From Candidatus Spechtbacterales bacterium (GTDB taxonomy: Bacteria > Patescibacteriota > Minisyncoccia > Spechtbacterales > 2-12-FULL-38-22), in assembly GCA_040902285.1 (NCBI GenBank), contig JBBDXP010000012.1:8501-72500 (forward strand): 64,000 bases of DNA, given 5' to 3'. Shown in pieces: positions 38,713-48,758 of the stretch. Every line of letters starts with the position of its first letter. The first letter of the stretch is position 1. The position numbers and the translations under genes were made by a program. The notes under the pieces are model-generated. The model was not told where the DNA came from. It worked only from the letters and a program-made list of their open reading frames with translations, and made no database searches.

Positions 38713-39453
38713 ATGGCAATTCAATTAACAAAACATACGCGGGAAGGAAAGAGCGAAGGCACAATCTCGGTTTCTGAGAGTGTTTTGGGGTTGAAGCCGA
38801 ATGATGAGCTATTACATTGGGTTTACAAAATAAAATCAGGAAATATGCACGGGCCGTGGGCGCACACAAAAACAAGAAGCGAGGTGCGCGGAGGAGGCCG
38901 CAAGCCCTGGAGACAAAAAGGGACGGGCAGGGCAAGGCACGGTTCCAACCGCTCTCCCATATGGGTAGGCGGAGGGGTTACATTCGGGCCTCGCAACACA
39001 AAAAATTATTTGAGAAAGGTAAATAAAAAAGTAAATGTAAAAGCGATATTAATGGCGCTTAGTTCAAAGGCGCAAAGAGGCGATCTGTTGGTTGTGGATT
39101 CACTGAATTTTGATGACCCAAAAACAAAACTGGCTCAGAATTTGTTGCAAAAGCTTAAATTTGAGGGAGTTTCTGTTTTGGTCTACGGACTTGGCAGTCA
39201 GGAGAATTTTACGAGAGTTTTCAGAAATATACCCAAGGTTAAAACAAGAAATGTAAACAGAATAGGAGTTGTGGATATATTGAATCATCAAAAATGTATC
39301 GTTTCAAAAAAAGCATTAGAAAATATAATTAAAAATTATGCCGATTCTATCACACATATTCAAAAAGCTGCAGAAGAAACAAGCGGAGCCGGAAAAAAGG
39401 CAAAGGAAAACGCGAAAGCAGGCAGCGAAAGAACAGCCAAAGCAAAGAGCTAA
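38713..39453 (+). CDS. rplD: 50S ribosomal protein L4
   Basis: TKTRSEVRGGGRKPWRQKGTGRAR. Confidence 0.98.
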   Translation: MAIQLTKHTREGKSEGTISVSESVLGLKPNDELLHWVYKIKSGNMHGPWAHTKTRSEVRGGGRKPWRQKGTGRARHGSNRSPIWVGGGVTFGPRNTKNYLRKVNKKVNVKAILMALSSKAQRGDLLVVDSLNFDDPKTKLAQNLLQKLKFEGVSVLVYGLGSQENFTRVFRNIPKVKTRNVNRIGVVDILNHQKCIVSKKALENIIKNYADSITHIQKAAEETSGAGKKAKENAKAGSERTAKAKS

Positions 39454-39793
39454 GGTTGCCGCGAAGAAGAGCGGAACTAAGGGTGCTTCTTCAATTAAAA
39501 TCGAGCATGCGCACGGCGCGTACAATATTGTGTTGCGCCCTCATATTTCCGAAAAAAGCGTAAAACACAACGACGAAGGCAAGTATGTGTTCGAAGTATA
39601 TAAAGGAGTAAACAAAAAACAAATAGCCGCGGCGATAGAATCCGTTTACAAAGTGAAAGTGGAAAGCGTAAACAGAATAAAAATGCCCCCTAAGCCGAAA
39701 CGGCATTTAAGGCATCAGAATTTAAAATTTAGGCACGATAAAGCTGTGGTAACCCTTGCGAAAGGACAGGAAATAGAGGTTTTGCCGCAATAA
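39338..39793 (+). CDS. rplW: 50S ribosomal protein L23 with basic N-terminal extension
   Basis: RPHISEKS, YVFEV, KVESVN, KAVVTL. Confidence 0.92.
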   Translation: MPILSHIFKKLQKKQAEPEKRQRKTRKQAAKEQPKQRAKVAAKKSGTKGASSIKIEHAHGAYNIVLRPHISEKSVKHNDEGKYVFEVYKGVNKKQIAAAIESVYKVKVESVNRIKMPPKPKRHLRHQNLKFRHDKAVVTLAKGQEIEVLPQ

Positions 39794-39810
39794 TTTGAAA
39801 TATAAAAATC

Positions 39811-40653
39811 ATGGCAGTAAAAGTTAAAAAACCCACAACACCAGGACAGCGCGGAATGATAGTTACCGATTATAGTAAGCTTTCTAAAAAGAAGCCCGAA
39901 AAAAGTTTGTTATCTTCCTTGCATAGGAAAAAAGGCAGGAGTCACGGAAAAATAACCGTAAGGCATAAAGGAGGAGGGTCAAAAAGAAAGTTCAGAGATG
40001 TGGATTTTAAACAAAACCAGATAGGAGATACTCTTACTGTCATTGCTCTTGAGTATGATCCTAATAGAACTTCTTTTATAGCTTTGGTGCGGAACCAAAA
40101 CGGACAAAAAAGATACATACTTGCGCATTCGAAAATTAAAACGGGGGATGAATTAAAAATTGCGGAATCAGCTCCCATCAAAGAAGGCGCAAGAATGCTT
40201 TTGGTCAATATTCCGATAGGAACATTGGTTCATAATATAGAAACAAAACCCGGAAAAGGAGGCCAGCTTGCTCGTTCCGCCGGTTCACATGCCAAGGTGC
40301 TGGCGCATGACGCGGGTTATACACAGCTGACAATGCCCTCAACAGAGGTGCGAACAGTCCCAAGCCGCTCTTTGGCGACTGTGGGAGTTGTTTCAAACAC
40401 TTCTTACAGAGAGGAAGTTGTCGGGAAGGCGGGCCGCAACCGATTGAGAGGCAAAAGGCCGCATGTAAGAGGTTCGGCAATGAATCCGGTCGATCATCCG
40501 CATGGAGGGGGAGAAGGACGGTCTCCGATAGGGCTTAAATATCCTAAGACCCCTTGGGGAAAAAATGCGTTTGGAGTTAAAACAAGAAAAAGAAACAAAT
40601 ATTCGGACAACAATATAATTAAAAGGCGCAAGAAAAAGAAAAAGAAGCGATAA
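39811..40653 (+). CDS. rplB: 50S ribosomal protein L2
   Basis: EYDPNR, RGSAMNPVDHPHGGG. Confidence 0.99.
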   Translation: MAVKVKKPTTPGQRGMIVTDYSKLSKKKPEKSLLSSLHRKKGRSHGKITVRHKGGGSKRKFRDVDFKQNQIGDTLTVIALEYDPNRTSFIALVRNQNGQKRYILAHSKIKTGDELKIAESAPIKEGARMLLVNIPIGTLVHNIETKPGKGGQLARSAGSHAKVLAHDAGYTQLTMPSTEVRTVPSRSLATVGVVSNTSYREEVVGKAGRNRLRGKRPHVRGSAMNPVDHPHGGGEGRSPIGLKYPKTPWGKNAFGVKTRKRNKYSDNNIIKRRKKKKKKR

Positions 40654-40665
40654 CAGATAATAAAT

Positions 40666-40950
40666 ATGCCACGATCAATAAAAAAAGGCCCGTATGTCGA
40701 TGAAAAATTGCTAAAAAAACTTGGCAAAGTTGAGCGCGGTCAAAAAACAGTCATTAAAACATGGTCCAGAGCCGCTGCAATAACGCCGGAAATGATAGGA
40801 TATACCTTCGGCGTGCATAATGGGAAAGAACATGTCCCCGTGTTTGTTACCGAAGATATGGTCGGCCATAAATTGGGCGAGTTTTCACCAACAAGAAAAT
40901 TCGTAAGGCACGGAGGCAGATTGCAAGAATCGCTGGAGAAAAAGAAATAA
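40666..40950 (+). CDS. rpsS: 30S ribosomal protein S19
   Basis: RSIKKGP, KTWSR, GHKLGEF. Confidence 0.98.
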   Translation: MPRSIKKGPYVDEKLLKKLGKVERGQKTVIKTWSRAAAITPEMIGYTFGVHNGKEHVPVFVTEDMVGHKLGEFSPTRKFVRHGGRLQESLEKKK

Positions 40951-40966
40951 ATTTTAATACGAAAAC

Positions 40967-41371
40967 ATGGCTGAATACAAAGCAAAATTATCATATTTAA
41001 AAATAGCGCCCCGTAAAGTGCGTCTCGTTGCAGATCTTATAAGAGGAGGAAATGTGCGCGATGCCAAAACGCAATTAAGGTTTTCAACGAAACGGGCGGC
41101 CGTTTCCCTTTTAAAGCTTTTGAATTCAGCGGTGAGTAACGCAAAAAATTTAAAAGAAGACACAAAAGAGGAAACGCTTTTTATCAAAAAAATAACCGTT
41201 GACGAAGGCCCGAAGCTTAAAAGATTTAGGCCGGTTGCAAGAGGGCGTGCTGTCGAAATACAAAAGAAAACTTCTCACGTTTCTTTGGTGATAGCCGAAA
41301 CAGAACTTTCCCCGGAAAATAAAACAATTAAGACAAGAGCTAAAACCAAGGTTTCAAAAGACAAATCATGA
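40967..41371 (+). CDS. rplV: 50S ribosomal protein L22
   Basis: APRKVRLVADLIRG, VDEGPKLKR, TSH. Confidence 0.97.
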   Translation: MAEYKAKLSYLKIAPRKVRLVADLIRGGNVRDAKTQLRFSTKRAAVSLLKLLNSAVSNAKNLKEDTKEETLFIKKITVDEGPKLKRFRPVARGRAVEIQKKTSHVSLVIAETELSPENKTIKTRAKTKVSKDKS

Positions 41372-42036
41372 CACATAAATCACATCCGGTAATTAAAAGA
41401 TTGGGAATAATAAAGGGCTGGAATTCTCGCTGGTTTAACGCGAAAAATTACCAAAGCAACGTGCGGCAAGACCATTTTATACGTGAATATATTACAAATA
41501 ATTACAAAAATGCCGGTATCGCCAATGTAGAAATAGAAAGATTCGCTAATTCCACATCAGTAATAATCGGGACTTCTCGGCCGGGTATTTTGATAGGCAG
41601 GGGTGGTAGCGGAATAGAAGATATGAAAAAGGGTCTGCTTAAAGTATTAGTCAAGGAAGCCAGAAAATTTGGAGACGAAGTGCCAAATCCGGCCAATATA
41701 CGCATTGAGGTAAGAGAAGTCAGAGAAACGGAAGCCAACGCCAGCCTTATAGCCCTGAATGTGGCCGAACAACTGGAAAGAAGAATACCTTTCCGCCGCG
41801 TTATCAAAAGGACTTTGGACAGGGTAGTTTCTCACAGGGAAGTGCAGGGAGTAAAAATAGCAGTTAAAGGCAGATTGAACGGAACCGAAATGGCCAGAGC
41901 CGAATTTGTCAAACAAGGCAAGTTGCCTCTCCAGACCCTGCGTGCCGATATTGATTATGCGCACGAGGAAGCTATTACAAAATATGGCGTTATAGGCGTA
42001 AAGGTTTGGATATATAAAGGAGAAAAACTTGAATAA
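41368..42036 (+). CDS. rpsC: 30S ribosomal protein S3
   Basis: RPGILIG, PLQTLRADIDY, GVKVWIY. Confidence 0.98.
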   Translation: MTHKSHPVIKRLGIIKGWNSRWFNAKNYQSNVRQDHFIREYITNNYKNAGIANVEIERFANSTSVIIGTSRPGILIGRGGSGIEDMKKGLLKVLVKEARKFGDEVPNPANIRIEVREVRETEANASLIALNVAEQLERRIPFRRVIKRTLDRVVSHREVQGVKIAVKGRLNGTEMARAEFVKQGKLPLQTLRADIDYAHEEAITKYGVIGVKVWIYKGEKLE

Positions 42037-42083
42037 AAGGCGATTTGGTGGTATTTTTATAACCTGATTTAAAACCCAAAATT

Positions 42084-42494
42084 ATGTTAATTCCCAAAAA
42101 AGTAAAACACAGAAAGTGGTGGAAAGGCAGAAAAAGAACATCGCTGGATTCCCGTGGAACGGAGTTAAGTTTTGGGAAATACGGTTTAAAGGTTACAGAG
42201 GGTTCGGCCTGGATAACATCCCGTCAAATAGAGGCTGCTCGTCGCGCCATGACCAGATATATGAAAAGAGGCGGTAAGGTTTGGATAAGGATATTTCCTG
42301 ATAAACCCGTAACGCAAAAGAGCGGAGAAATTCCGATGGGAGGCGGGAAAGGTCCGGTCGATCATTTTGTCGCGCCCGTTTCTCCTGGAAGAATACTTTT
42401 TGAGATAGATGGAGTTCCCGAAGAAATAGCCAAAGAAGCGATGAATAGAGCCAAATACAAACTGCCCGTAAAAACTAAGTTTATTCAGCGCTAA
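42084..42494 (+). CDS. rplP: 50S ribosomal protein L16
   Basis: [22 protein letters not shown]. Confidence 0.98.
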   Translation: MLIPKKVKHRKWWKGRKRTSLDSRGTELSFGKYGLKVTEGSAWITSRQIEAARRAMTRYMKRGGKVWIRIFPDKPVTQKSGEIPMGGGKGPVDHFVAPVSPGRILFEIDGVPEEIAKEAMNRAKYKLPVKTKFIQR

Positions 42495-42502
42495 TTATAA
42501 AT

Positions 42503-42694
42503 ATGAAACCCAAGGAATTACAAAACAAATCGCCCGAAGAGTTGCAAAAACTATTACAGGACAAAAAATCCAGGGTTGTTAATTTGAAAATAAATATTGT
42601 CGGCGGGAATGTTAAAAATGTGAGAGAATTACGAGAGGCAAAAAAGGATATATCCAGGATTTACACAATAATGAACGGTAATTCTGAAAAATAA
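42503..42694 (+). CDS. rpmC: 50S ribosomal protein L29
   Basis: Position in the operon; KKDISRIYT. Confidence 0.92.
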   Translation: MKPKELQNKSPEELQKLLQDKKSRVVNLKINIVGGNVKNVRELREAKKDISRIYTIMNGNSEK

Positions 42695-42696
42695 AT

Positions 42697-42957
42697 ATGG
42701 AAACTGAAAAAAACACGAAAAAAAATAGAAAAAAAATGACAGGAACAGTGGTTTCTGACAAGATGCAAAAAACTCTCGTTGTCCAGGTAAGCCGCCTTCT
42801 TGAACACCCAAGGTATAAAAAAAGAATGAAGGTTTCCAAAAGGTATAAAGCTCATTACGAGGGCGGAGATTACAGCATGGGCGATAAGGTTGAGATAGAA
42901 GAAACACGCCCTATGTCCAAAACAAAAAAATGGAAAGTGTTAAGAAAAATAAGTTAA
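42697..42957 (+). CDS. rpsQ: 30S ribosomal protein S17
   Basis: GTVVSDKMQKT, ETRPMSKTKKW. Confidence 0.98.
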   Translation: METEKNTKKNRKKMTGTVVSDKMQKTLVVQVSRLLEHPRYKKRMKVSKRYKAHYEGGDYSMGDKVEIEETRPMSKTKKWKVLRKIS

Positions 42958-42960
42958 ACG

Positions 42961-43326
42961 ATGATACAAAACCAATCAAAATTAAAGGTTGCCGATAATT
43001 CAGGAGCAAAAGAGGTGCAGTGCATCAGGGTTTTGGGCGGAAGCAGGCGCCGATACGCCAGAATAGGCGATATAATAGTGGCTTCCGTAAAAAAAGCGGA
43101 ACCTCGCAGGCCCGTGAAAAAGAAGGATGTGGTAAAAGCGGTGCTTGTCAGGCAAAAAAAGCCGTATCGCCGCCAGGATGGGTCTTATATTTCTTTTGAT
43201 GATAACGCGGTTGTTATAGTTGACGGCTTAAATCCGGTCGGAGGTAGAATTTTTGGCCCCATTCCCAGAGAAATAAAACAAAGAGGATATAACAAAATAG
43301 CGTCGCTGGCAAAAGAATTATTATAG
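42961..43326 (+). CDS. rplN: 50S ribosomal protein L14
   Basis: [18 protein letters not shown]. Confidence 0.98.
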   Translation: MIQNQSKLKVADNSGAKEVQCIRVLGGSRRRYARIGDIIVASVKKAEPRRPVKKKDVVKAVLVRQKKPYRRQDGSYISFDDNAVVIVDGLNPVGGRIFGPIPREIKQRGYNKIASLAKELL

Positions 43327-43328
43327 TT

Positions 43329-43640
43329 ATGAAAGTTAAAACAGGAGACAAAGTACTCGTAATAAGGGGAAAAAACAGAGGAAAATCCGGAAAAGTTACG
43401 GATGCTTTTCCTCGAGAACAAAAGGTTCTTGTTGAGGGAATTAACAAGCAGAAAAAGCATATACGGCCGAAGAAGAAAGGAGAAAAAGGTCAAACTGTTG
43501 AACGAGAAACTCCCATATCTTTATCCAACTTAAAATTAATTTGCGAAAGTTGCGGAAAACCGGCAAGAATAGGATACAAGATGGAGGGGAATGTTAAATA
43601 TAGATTTTGTAAAAAGTGCAAAAGCGTTATAAAGAATTGA
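43329..43640 (+). CDS. rplX: 50S ribosomal protein L24
   Basis: KOW motif GDKVLVIRGKNRGKSG. Confidence 0.97.
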   Translation: MKVKTGDKVLVIRGKNRGKSGKVTDAFPREQKVLVEGINKQKKHIRPKKKGEKGQTVERETPISLSNLKLICESCGKPARIGYKMEGNVKYRFCKKCKSVIKN

Positions 43641-43647
43641 TTTTAAT

Positions 43648-44232
43648 ATGGCAGAGGCATTAAATCTTGAAAAAATATATAAGGACAAAATAGCCAAAGA
43701 CCTTTCCGACCAGATGGGGGGAGTTAACTTATACGCTGTACCTCGTATAGGCAGAGTTGTTTTAAATACCGGTGTGGGAAAAATAATTAACATGAGAAAG
43801 GGGGGAACAACGGAGCAAAAAAAAGAAGAAGAATTGGTCGCCGATATTATAGACGGTTTGGCTCAAATTTCCGGACAGCGTCCGCAGTATATTAAATCGA
43901 AAAAATCCATATCGGGATTCAAACTACGTGAAGGCACCGTGGTGGGCTTGCGGGCCACTCTTAGGGGAAAAAAGATGTATGATTTTATAGCACGCCTTAT
44001 TCATGTGGGGCTTCCCAGAACCAGGGATTTCAGAGGAATTTCTACCAAGTCAGTTGATCAGCATGGAAATTTGACTATAGGAATAAAAGAAGCTAGTATT
44101 TTTCCTGAGCTTTCGCCGTCAAATTTTAACTGGGGATTTGAGATTACGATGGTTACTAATACCGGCGGGAAGGATGAGGCCTTGGAATTATTTAAAAAAT
44201 TAGGTATTCCGTTCAGGCAGGAAGAAAATTAA
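43648..44232 (+). CDS. rplE: 50S ribosomal protein L5
   Basis: [21 protein letters not shown]. Confidence 0.97.
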   Translation: MAEALNLEKIYKDKIAKDLSDQMGGVNLYAVPRIGRVVLNTGVGKIINMRKGGTTEQKKEEELVADIIDGLAQISGQRPQYIKSKKSISGFKLREGTVVGLRATLRGKKMYDFIARLIHVGLPRTRDFRGISTKSVDQHGNLTIGIKEASIFPELSPSNFNWGFEITMVTNTGGKDEALELFKKLGIPFRQEEN

Positions 44233-44240
44233 AAGATATC

Positions 44241-44423
44241 ATGCCAAAAAAATCAAAAATAGCAAAAGCGCAGAAGAAACCCAAGTTTTCAACAAGAAAA
44301 GAGAACAGGTGTTTTCGTTGCGGAAGAGGAAGAGGATATCTGCGTGATTTTGATTTATGCAGAATATGTTTTAGAGAATTGGCCAACAAGGGCCACTTAC
44401 CCGGAATAAGAAAATCAAGCTAG
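44241..44423 (+). CDS. rpsN: 30S ribosomal protein S14 (zinc-binding type Z)
   Basis: NRCFRCGR...LCRICFRE. Confidence 0.96.
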   Translation: MPKKSKIAKAQKKPKFSTRKENRCFRCGRGRGYLRDFDLCRICFRELANKGHLPGIRKSS

Positions 44424-44438
44424 TAGTAAATAAATCAT

Positions 44439-44828
44439 ATGGATACATTAGCAGACATGTTAACTTCAATAAGAAACGCGCAAGCCGTAAATAAGGAAAT
44501 GGTTAAAGTACCTTTTTCTAACAAGAAATTTTACTTAGCCAAAGTTATGGAGCAGGAAGGATTTATAAAAAGTGTTGAAAAAAAGGGGACACAGCAAAAA
44601 CCGGCACTTGTAATAGCGTTAAAATATACCGAAACAGAAAAACCGGCTATCGGCAAATTAAAGCGCATAAGTACTCCCGGACAAAGGATATATGTAAGAT
44701 ATCAGGACATAAAACCGGTAAGAGGAGGGCATGGTAAAGCCATTATCTCTACCCCAAAAGGTATAATGACGGGGGAAAGCGCAAAAAAACAAAAAGTAGG
44801 CGGAGAATACATAGCACAAATATGGTAA
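44439..44828 (+). CDS. rpsH: 30S ribosomal protein S8
   Basis: DMLTSIRNA, STPGQRIY, ISTPKG, VGGE. Confidence 0.98.
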   Translation: MDTLADMLTSIRNAQAVNKEMVKVPFSNKKFYLAKVMEQEGFIKSVEKKGTQQKPALVIALKYTETEKPAIGKLKRISTPGQRIYVRYQDIKPVRGGHGKAIISTPKGIMTGESAKKQKVGGEYIAQIW

Positions 44829-44835
44829 ATAAATT

Positions 44836-45378
44836 ATGAGCAGAATAGGCAAAAAACCAATAGATATTCCCGAGAAGGTGGAAGTAAGCGTTGAGGGAAG
44901 AATTGTAAAAACCAAAGGTCCTTTGGGCGAATTGGGCTTGGAAATACCGGCGGAATTGAGTGTGGAAAAACAGGATAACAAACTGGTTCTCGGTCTTCAA
45001 AACAAAAGTCCTAAGAACAGGGCTTTGTGGGGCCTCTTCCGTTCTTTAGCGGCAAATATAGTGAAAGGCGTGGCGGACGGTTTTGAAAAACAGCTGGATA
45101 TCGAAGGCGTGGGATACAGGGCCGAAGTCAAGGGAAACGATCTTGTCATGCAGCTCGGGTATTCCCATCTTGTGATTATTCCGGTGCCAGACGACTTAAA
45201 AGTAAGCGTGGAAAAATCTACGATTACGGTATCCGGCATAGATAAACAAAAAGTTGGTCAATTCGCCGCGGATATAAGAAGCAAAAGGAAGCCGGAACCC
45301 TACAAAGGTAAAGGCATAAGATACAGAGGCGAATATATTAAGCGCAAAGCCGGAAAGCGCGCCGCAACGGCAGCATAA
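44836..45378 (+). CDS. rplF: 50S ribosomal protein L6
   Basis: MSRIGKKP, PEPYKGKGIRY. Confidence 0.98.
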   Translation: MSRIGKKPIDIPEKVEVSVEGRIVKTKGPLGELGLEIPAELSVEKQDNKLVLGLQNKSPKNRALWGLFRSLAANIVKGVADGFEKQLDIEGVGYRAEVKGNDLVMQLGYSHLVIIPVPDDLKVSVEKSTITVSGIDKQKVGQFAADIRSKRKPEPYKGKGIRYRGEYIKRKAGKRAATAA

Positions 45379-45386
45379 TAAATAAA

Positions 45387-45746
45387 ATGCAAAAAACAAG
45401 AAGTACAATTAGAAAAACCCGCCACGCAAGAATAAGAGCAAAGGTTTGTGGCACCTCAGCCAAACCGCGTCTTTTTGTGTTTAAATCAAATAAGCATATT
45501 TATGGCAGTATCATAGATGACATTGCCGGCAGAACACTGTTTTCGCTCTCCGACAATAAATTGCCGTCGAAAGCAAAAAAAACCAGTAACAACATAGATA
45601 CAGCCCGCAAAGTTGGAGAAGAATTAGGGAAAATAGCTATCGAAAAAGGAGTTAAGGGAGTTGTTTTTGACAGAGGCGGATACAATTATCACGGTAGAAT
45701 AAAGGCCTTTGCCGATGGTGCGCGCTTGTCCGGATTAAAATTTTAA
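45387..45746 (+). CDS. rplR: 50S ribosomal protein L18
   Basis: PRLFVFKSNKHIY, VVFDRGGYNYHGR. Confidence 0.98.
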   Translation: MQKTRSTIRKTRHARIRAKVCGTSAKPRLFVFKSNKHIYGSIIDDIAGRTLFSLSDNKLPSKAKKTSNNIDTARKVGEELGKIAIEKGVKGVVFDRGGYNYHGRIKAFADGARLSGLKF

Positions 45747-45749
45747 AAT

Positions 45750-46310
45750 ATGGCAAAAAACAGAAACAAAAATAGTCAAAATACTCAATATCAAAGAGAG
45801 CCGCAGGAGTTTGAACAGCGGGTTTTGGATATAGCGCGAGTTGCGCGCGTTGTCGCCGGAGGTAGAAGATTTAATTTTAGGACTACAGTAGCAATAGGTG
45901 ATCAAAAAGGCCGCGTGGGAGTTGGCGTAGGAAAAGGAAGCGATGTTTCAATTTCCATGGGAAAAGCAACGCGTAACGCTAAAAAGAATATCATGTACGC
46001 GCCCATAACACCCGAAGGAACATTGCCTTACGAAGTTACTGGCAAACAAACGGGCTCCAAAGTATTTCTTAAGCCGGCTCCCTCCGGAACAGGTATTATT
46101 GCCGGCGGGCCGGTAAGAGTAATATGCGATTTGGCCGGCTATAAAGATGTTGTGGCCAAAATATTATCCCGAAGCACAAACAAATTAAACATAGCGGTTG
46201 CCACAATAAACGCGCTTAAGGCGGTTGATTACGAACAGCCAAAAACTGAACCTAAGAAAGTTAAAAAAGAGGAAAAGCCAAAGGCCAAAGTTGAAAAGGC
46301 AAACAAATAA
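45750..46310 (+). CDS. rpsE: 30S ribosomal protein S5
   Basis: RVARVVAGGRRF, GTGIIAGG. Confidence 0.98.
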   Translation: MAKNRNKNSQNTQYQREPQEFEQRVLDIARVARVVAGGRRFNFRTTVAIGDQKGRVGVGVGKGSDVSISMGKATRNAKKNIMYAPITPEGTLPYEVTGKQTGSKVFLKPAPSGTGIIAGGPVRVICDLAGYKDVVAKILSRSTNKLNIAVATINALKAVDYEQPKTEPKKVKKEEKPKAKVEKANK

Positions 46311-46319
46311 TAATTTATC

Positions 46320-46772
46320 ATGCAGGCGCACGAACTAAAAAAAACAAAACAAAAAACATCGAGAAGAATCGGGAGAGGAGGAAAGCGCGGCACATATTCG
46401 GGCCGGGGGATAAAGGGACAGAAATCTCGCGCCGGAGCCAGAATAAGGCCCCAGATTCGGGATTACATTTTAAGTACCCCAAAACTTACCGGAACCGTTC
46501 ATAAAGCGGGCGGAAACATGGGCAAGCCGAGAGAACCCGCTCATTATATAAACACAGGAGAATTAGATAATGTTGCGAAAAAGGGAGATACTGTGGACGC
46601 CAAATATCTAACAGAAAATAATTTGATAAAACACGCCAAAGGGCGCGGATATGGTAGAATAAAACTCTTGGCCAAAGGCGGCCTGTCAAAAGAAATTACG
46701 GTTAAAGGCCTTATTTTGTCAAAAAAAGCCAAAGAGTTGGTAGAAAAAGCCGGAGGCAAGATAGAGAATTAA
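46320..46772 (+). CDS. rplO: 50S ribosomal protein L15
   Basis: RIGRGGKRGTYSGRGIKGQKSRAG, EKAGG. Confidence 0.95.
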   Translation: MQAHELKKTKQKTSRRIGRGGKRGTYSGRGIKGQKSRAGARIRPQIRDYILSTPKLTGTVHKAGGNMGKPREPAHYINTGELDNVAKKGDTVDAKYLTENNLIKHAKGRGYGRIKLLAKGGLSKEITVKGLILSKKAKELVEKAGGKIEN

Positions 46773-46787
46773 TAAATATATTAAAAA

Positions 46788-48077
46788 ATGGGCTGGTACG
46801 AACAATTCAGAGCAATATTCAGAATAAGGGAATTAAGGAACAAAATGCTTTTTGTTCTGGCGGTTTTAGGTGTTTTTCGCGTTGCGGCTGTAATACCCGT
46901 ACCTGGTATAAATACCGAAGAGTTGAGCGCATTTCTGGGCGGTAATCAATTTTTCGGATTTTTGAATATTTTTTCAGGAGGCGCTTTAAGCAATTTATCC
47001 ATTGTAATGCTCGGTCTTGGTCCATACATTACAGCAACCATTACACTGCAGCTTCTTACCATGATATTCCCAAAGTTGAAGGAAATGTACGAAGAGAGCG
47101 GAGAAGAAGGAAAGCAGAAGTTTAACCAATATGGAAGAATGTTTACTGTTCCTTTGGCGGCCCTCCAGGGTTATACATTGATAAAATTATTCCAAAGTCA
47201 GGCCATACTTCCCAATGTTTCTCCTTTGGAAATGATAACTATTCTAGCGACCGTAACAGCGGGAGCGGTTTGGCTAATGTGGCTTGGAGAATTGATAACT
47301 GAAAAAGGAATAGGAAACGGCATATCACTTTTAATATTTGCCGGTATTATATCAAGTTTGCCCATAACCTTGAGAAATGTTGTTGTATCGGCAACACCGG
47401 AAGATGTCCCCGGATATGTGCTTGCGTTTTTGGTAAGCTTATTTATAATTGCGGCTGTTGTGGTGGTTAACGAGGCAAAAAGAAATATTCCCATATCTTA
47501 TGCCAAACAGGTCAGGGGCAATAAGATTTATGGGGGAGCTACCACATATCTTCCCCTCTCGCTTAATCCGGCGGGGGTTATCCCTATTATATTCGCGCTA
47601 TCTCTTATTCTTTTCCCGGGTATAATTGCCGGCTTTTTACAGGGAGTCCAAAATGAATTGGTACAGAGTATCGCCGCCATTTTGAATGGGTTTCAAAATA
47701 ATATAGTTGCATATTCAATAGTGTATTTCCTTATGGTTGTATTTTTCACATATTTTTATACAGCCGTAACGTTTAATCCCGAAACCGTTTCCCAGAATTT
47801 GCAGAAACAAGGCGGGTTTATACCGGGTATCAGGCCAGGCAGACCCACGGCAGAACGGCTTACTTTTATACTTAACAGAACGCTTCTTGTCGGAGCCGTT
47901 TTTCTCGGAGGCATTGCCATAGTGCCGTCGCTTGCCCAGATTTTTGCGGGAGGCGCTGCGGGAGCGGGCAGCTTGTCTTTTGTTATAGGAGGAACCTCCG
48001 TGTTGATAGTTGTATCGGTTGCGCTTGATACCATCCGTCAGATTAAAAGCCAGATAGTAATGAGGCAATACGAGTAG
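46788..48077 (+). CDS. secY: Preprotein translocase SecY
   Basis: LGLGPYITA, GIGNGISLLIF, IPGIRPG, GGTS. Confidence 0.98.
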   Translation: MGWYEQFRAIFRIRELRNKMLFVLAVLGVFRVAAVIPVPGINTEELSAFLGGNQFFGFLNIFSGGALSNLSIVMLGLGPYITATITLQLLTMIFPKLKEMYEESGEEGKQKFNQYGRMFTVPLAALQGYTLIKLFQSQAILPNVSPLEMITILATVTAGAVWLMWLGELITEKGIGNGISLLIFAGIISSLPITLRNVVVSATPEDVPGYVLAFLVSLFIIAAVVVVNEAKRNIPISYAKQVRGNKIYGGATTYLPLSLNPAGVIPIIFALSLILFPGIIAGFLQGVQNELVQSIAAILNGFQNNIVAYSIVYFLMVVFFTYFYTAVTFNPETVSQNLQKQGGFIPGIRPGRPTAERLTFILNRTLLVGAVFLGGIAIVPSLAQIFAGGAAGAGSLSFVIGGTSVLIVVSVALDTIRQIKSQIVMRQYE

Positions 48078-48134
48078 CATTCATTTTTAAGCTTGTATGC
48101 TGGTATAATGCTTATATGAACTATAAGCATTTTT

Positions 48135-48755
48135 ATGACCGGGGACTTTGAAAAACCTGTAGCAATAATGATGATGGGCCGGCCGGGAGCGGGCAAGGAT
48201 ACGCAGGCAGAAATACTGGCAAAAAAAATGGATTTGATTCGTATAGTTACAAGTGATCTTCTGCAAAGAAAATTTGCTGAAAATCCGGATAATCCTAGTA
48301 TAAAAAAAGAAAAATCCATTTTTGCCGCGGGCGGCCTCAACACTCCTTCGTGGGTGCTGGAAACGGTTAAAGAGCATGTTAAAGAGCTGTCGAGCAATAA
48401 TTTTAATGGAGCCAAGGGAATAATATTCGGGGGTTCTCCGCGCACAATGTATGAAGCGGAAAATCTCACCCCATTTTTAGAAGAATTATTGGGTAGAGGA
48501 AATATAATAGCTTTTTATCTGGAAGTTTCCGAGGAGGAGGGCAAAAACAGAATATTAAAAAGAAATTCGCGTCCTTTAGATAGGGATCCGGAAAAAATAA
48601 AAGTAAGAATGAAAGAATATACCGAACGAACGGATTTGGTATTGAATTATCTTGAAAAACTAGGAATCTTAATCAGGATAGACGGAATGCCGCCGGCTGA
48701 GGATGTCGCGGCGGAAGTAGAAGGCAAATTGGCCGAAAGGATATCATACTCTTAA
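48135..48755 (+). CDS. adk: Adenylate kinase family NMP kinase
   Basis: GRPGAGKDTQ P-loop, GSPRT, located after secY. Confidence 0.85.
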   Translation: MTGDFEKPVAIMMMGRPGAGKDTQAEILAKKMDLIRIVTSDLLQRKFAENPDNPSIKKEKSIFAAGGLNTPSWVLETVKEHVKELSSNNFNGAKGIIFGGSPRTMYEAENLTPFLEELLGRGNIIAFYLEVSEEEGKNRILKRNSRPLDRDPEKIKVRMKEYTERTDLVLNYLEKLGILIRIDGMPPAEDVAAEVEGKLAERISYS

Positions 48756-48758
48756 AAA

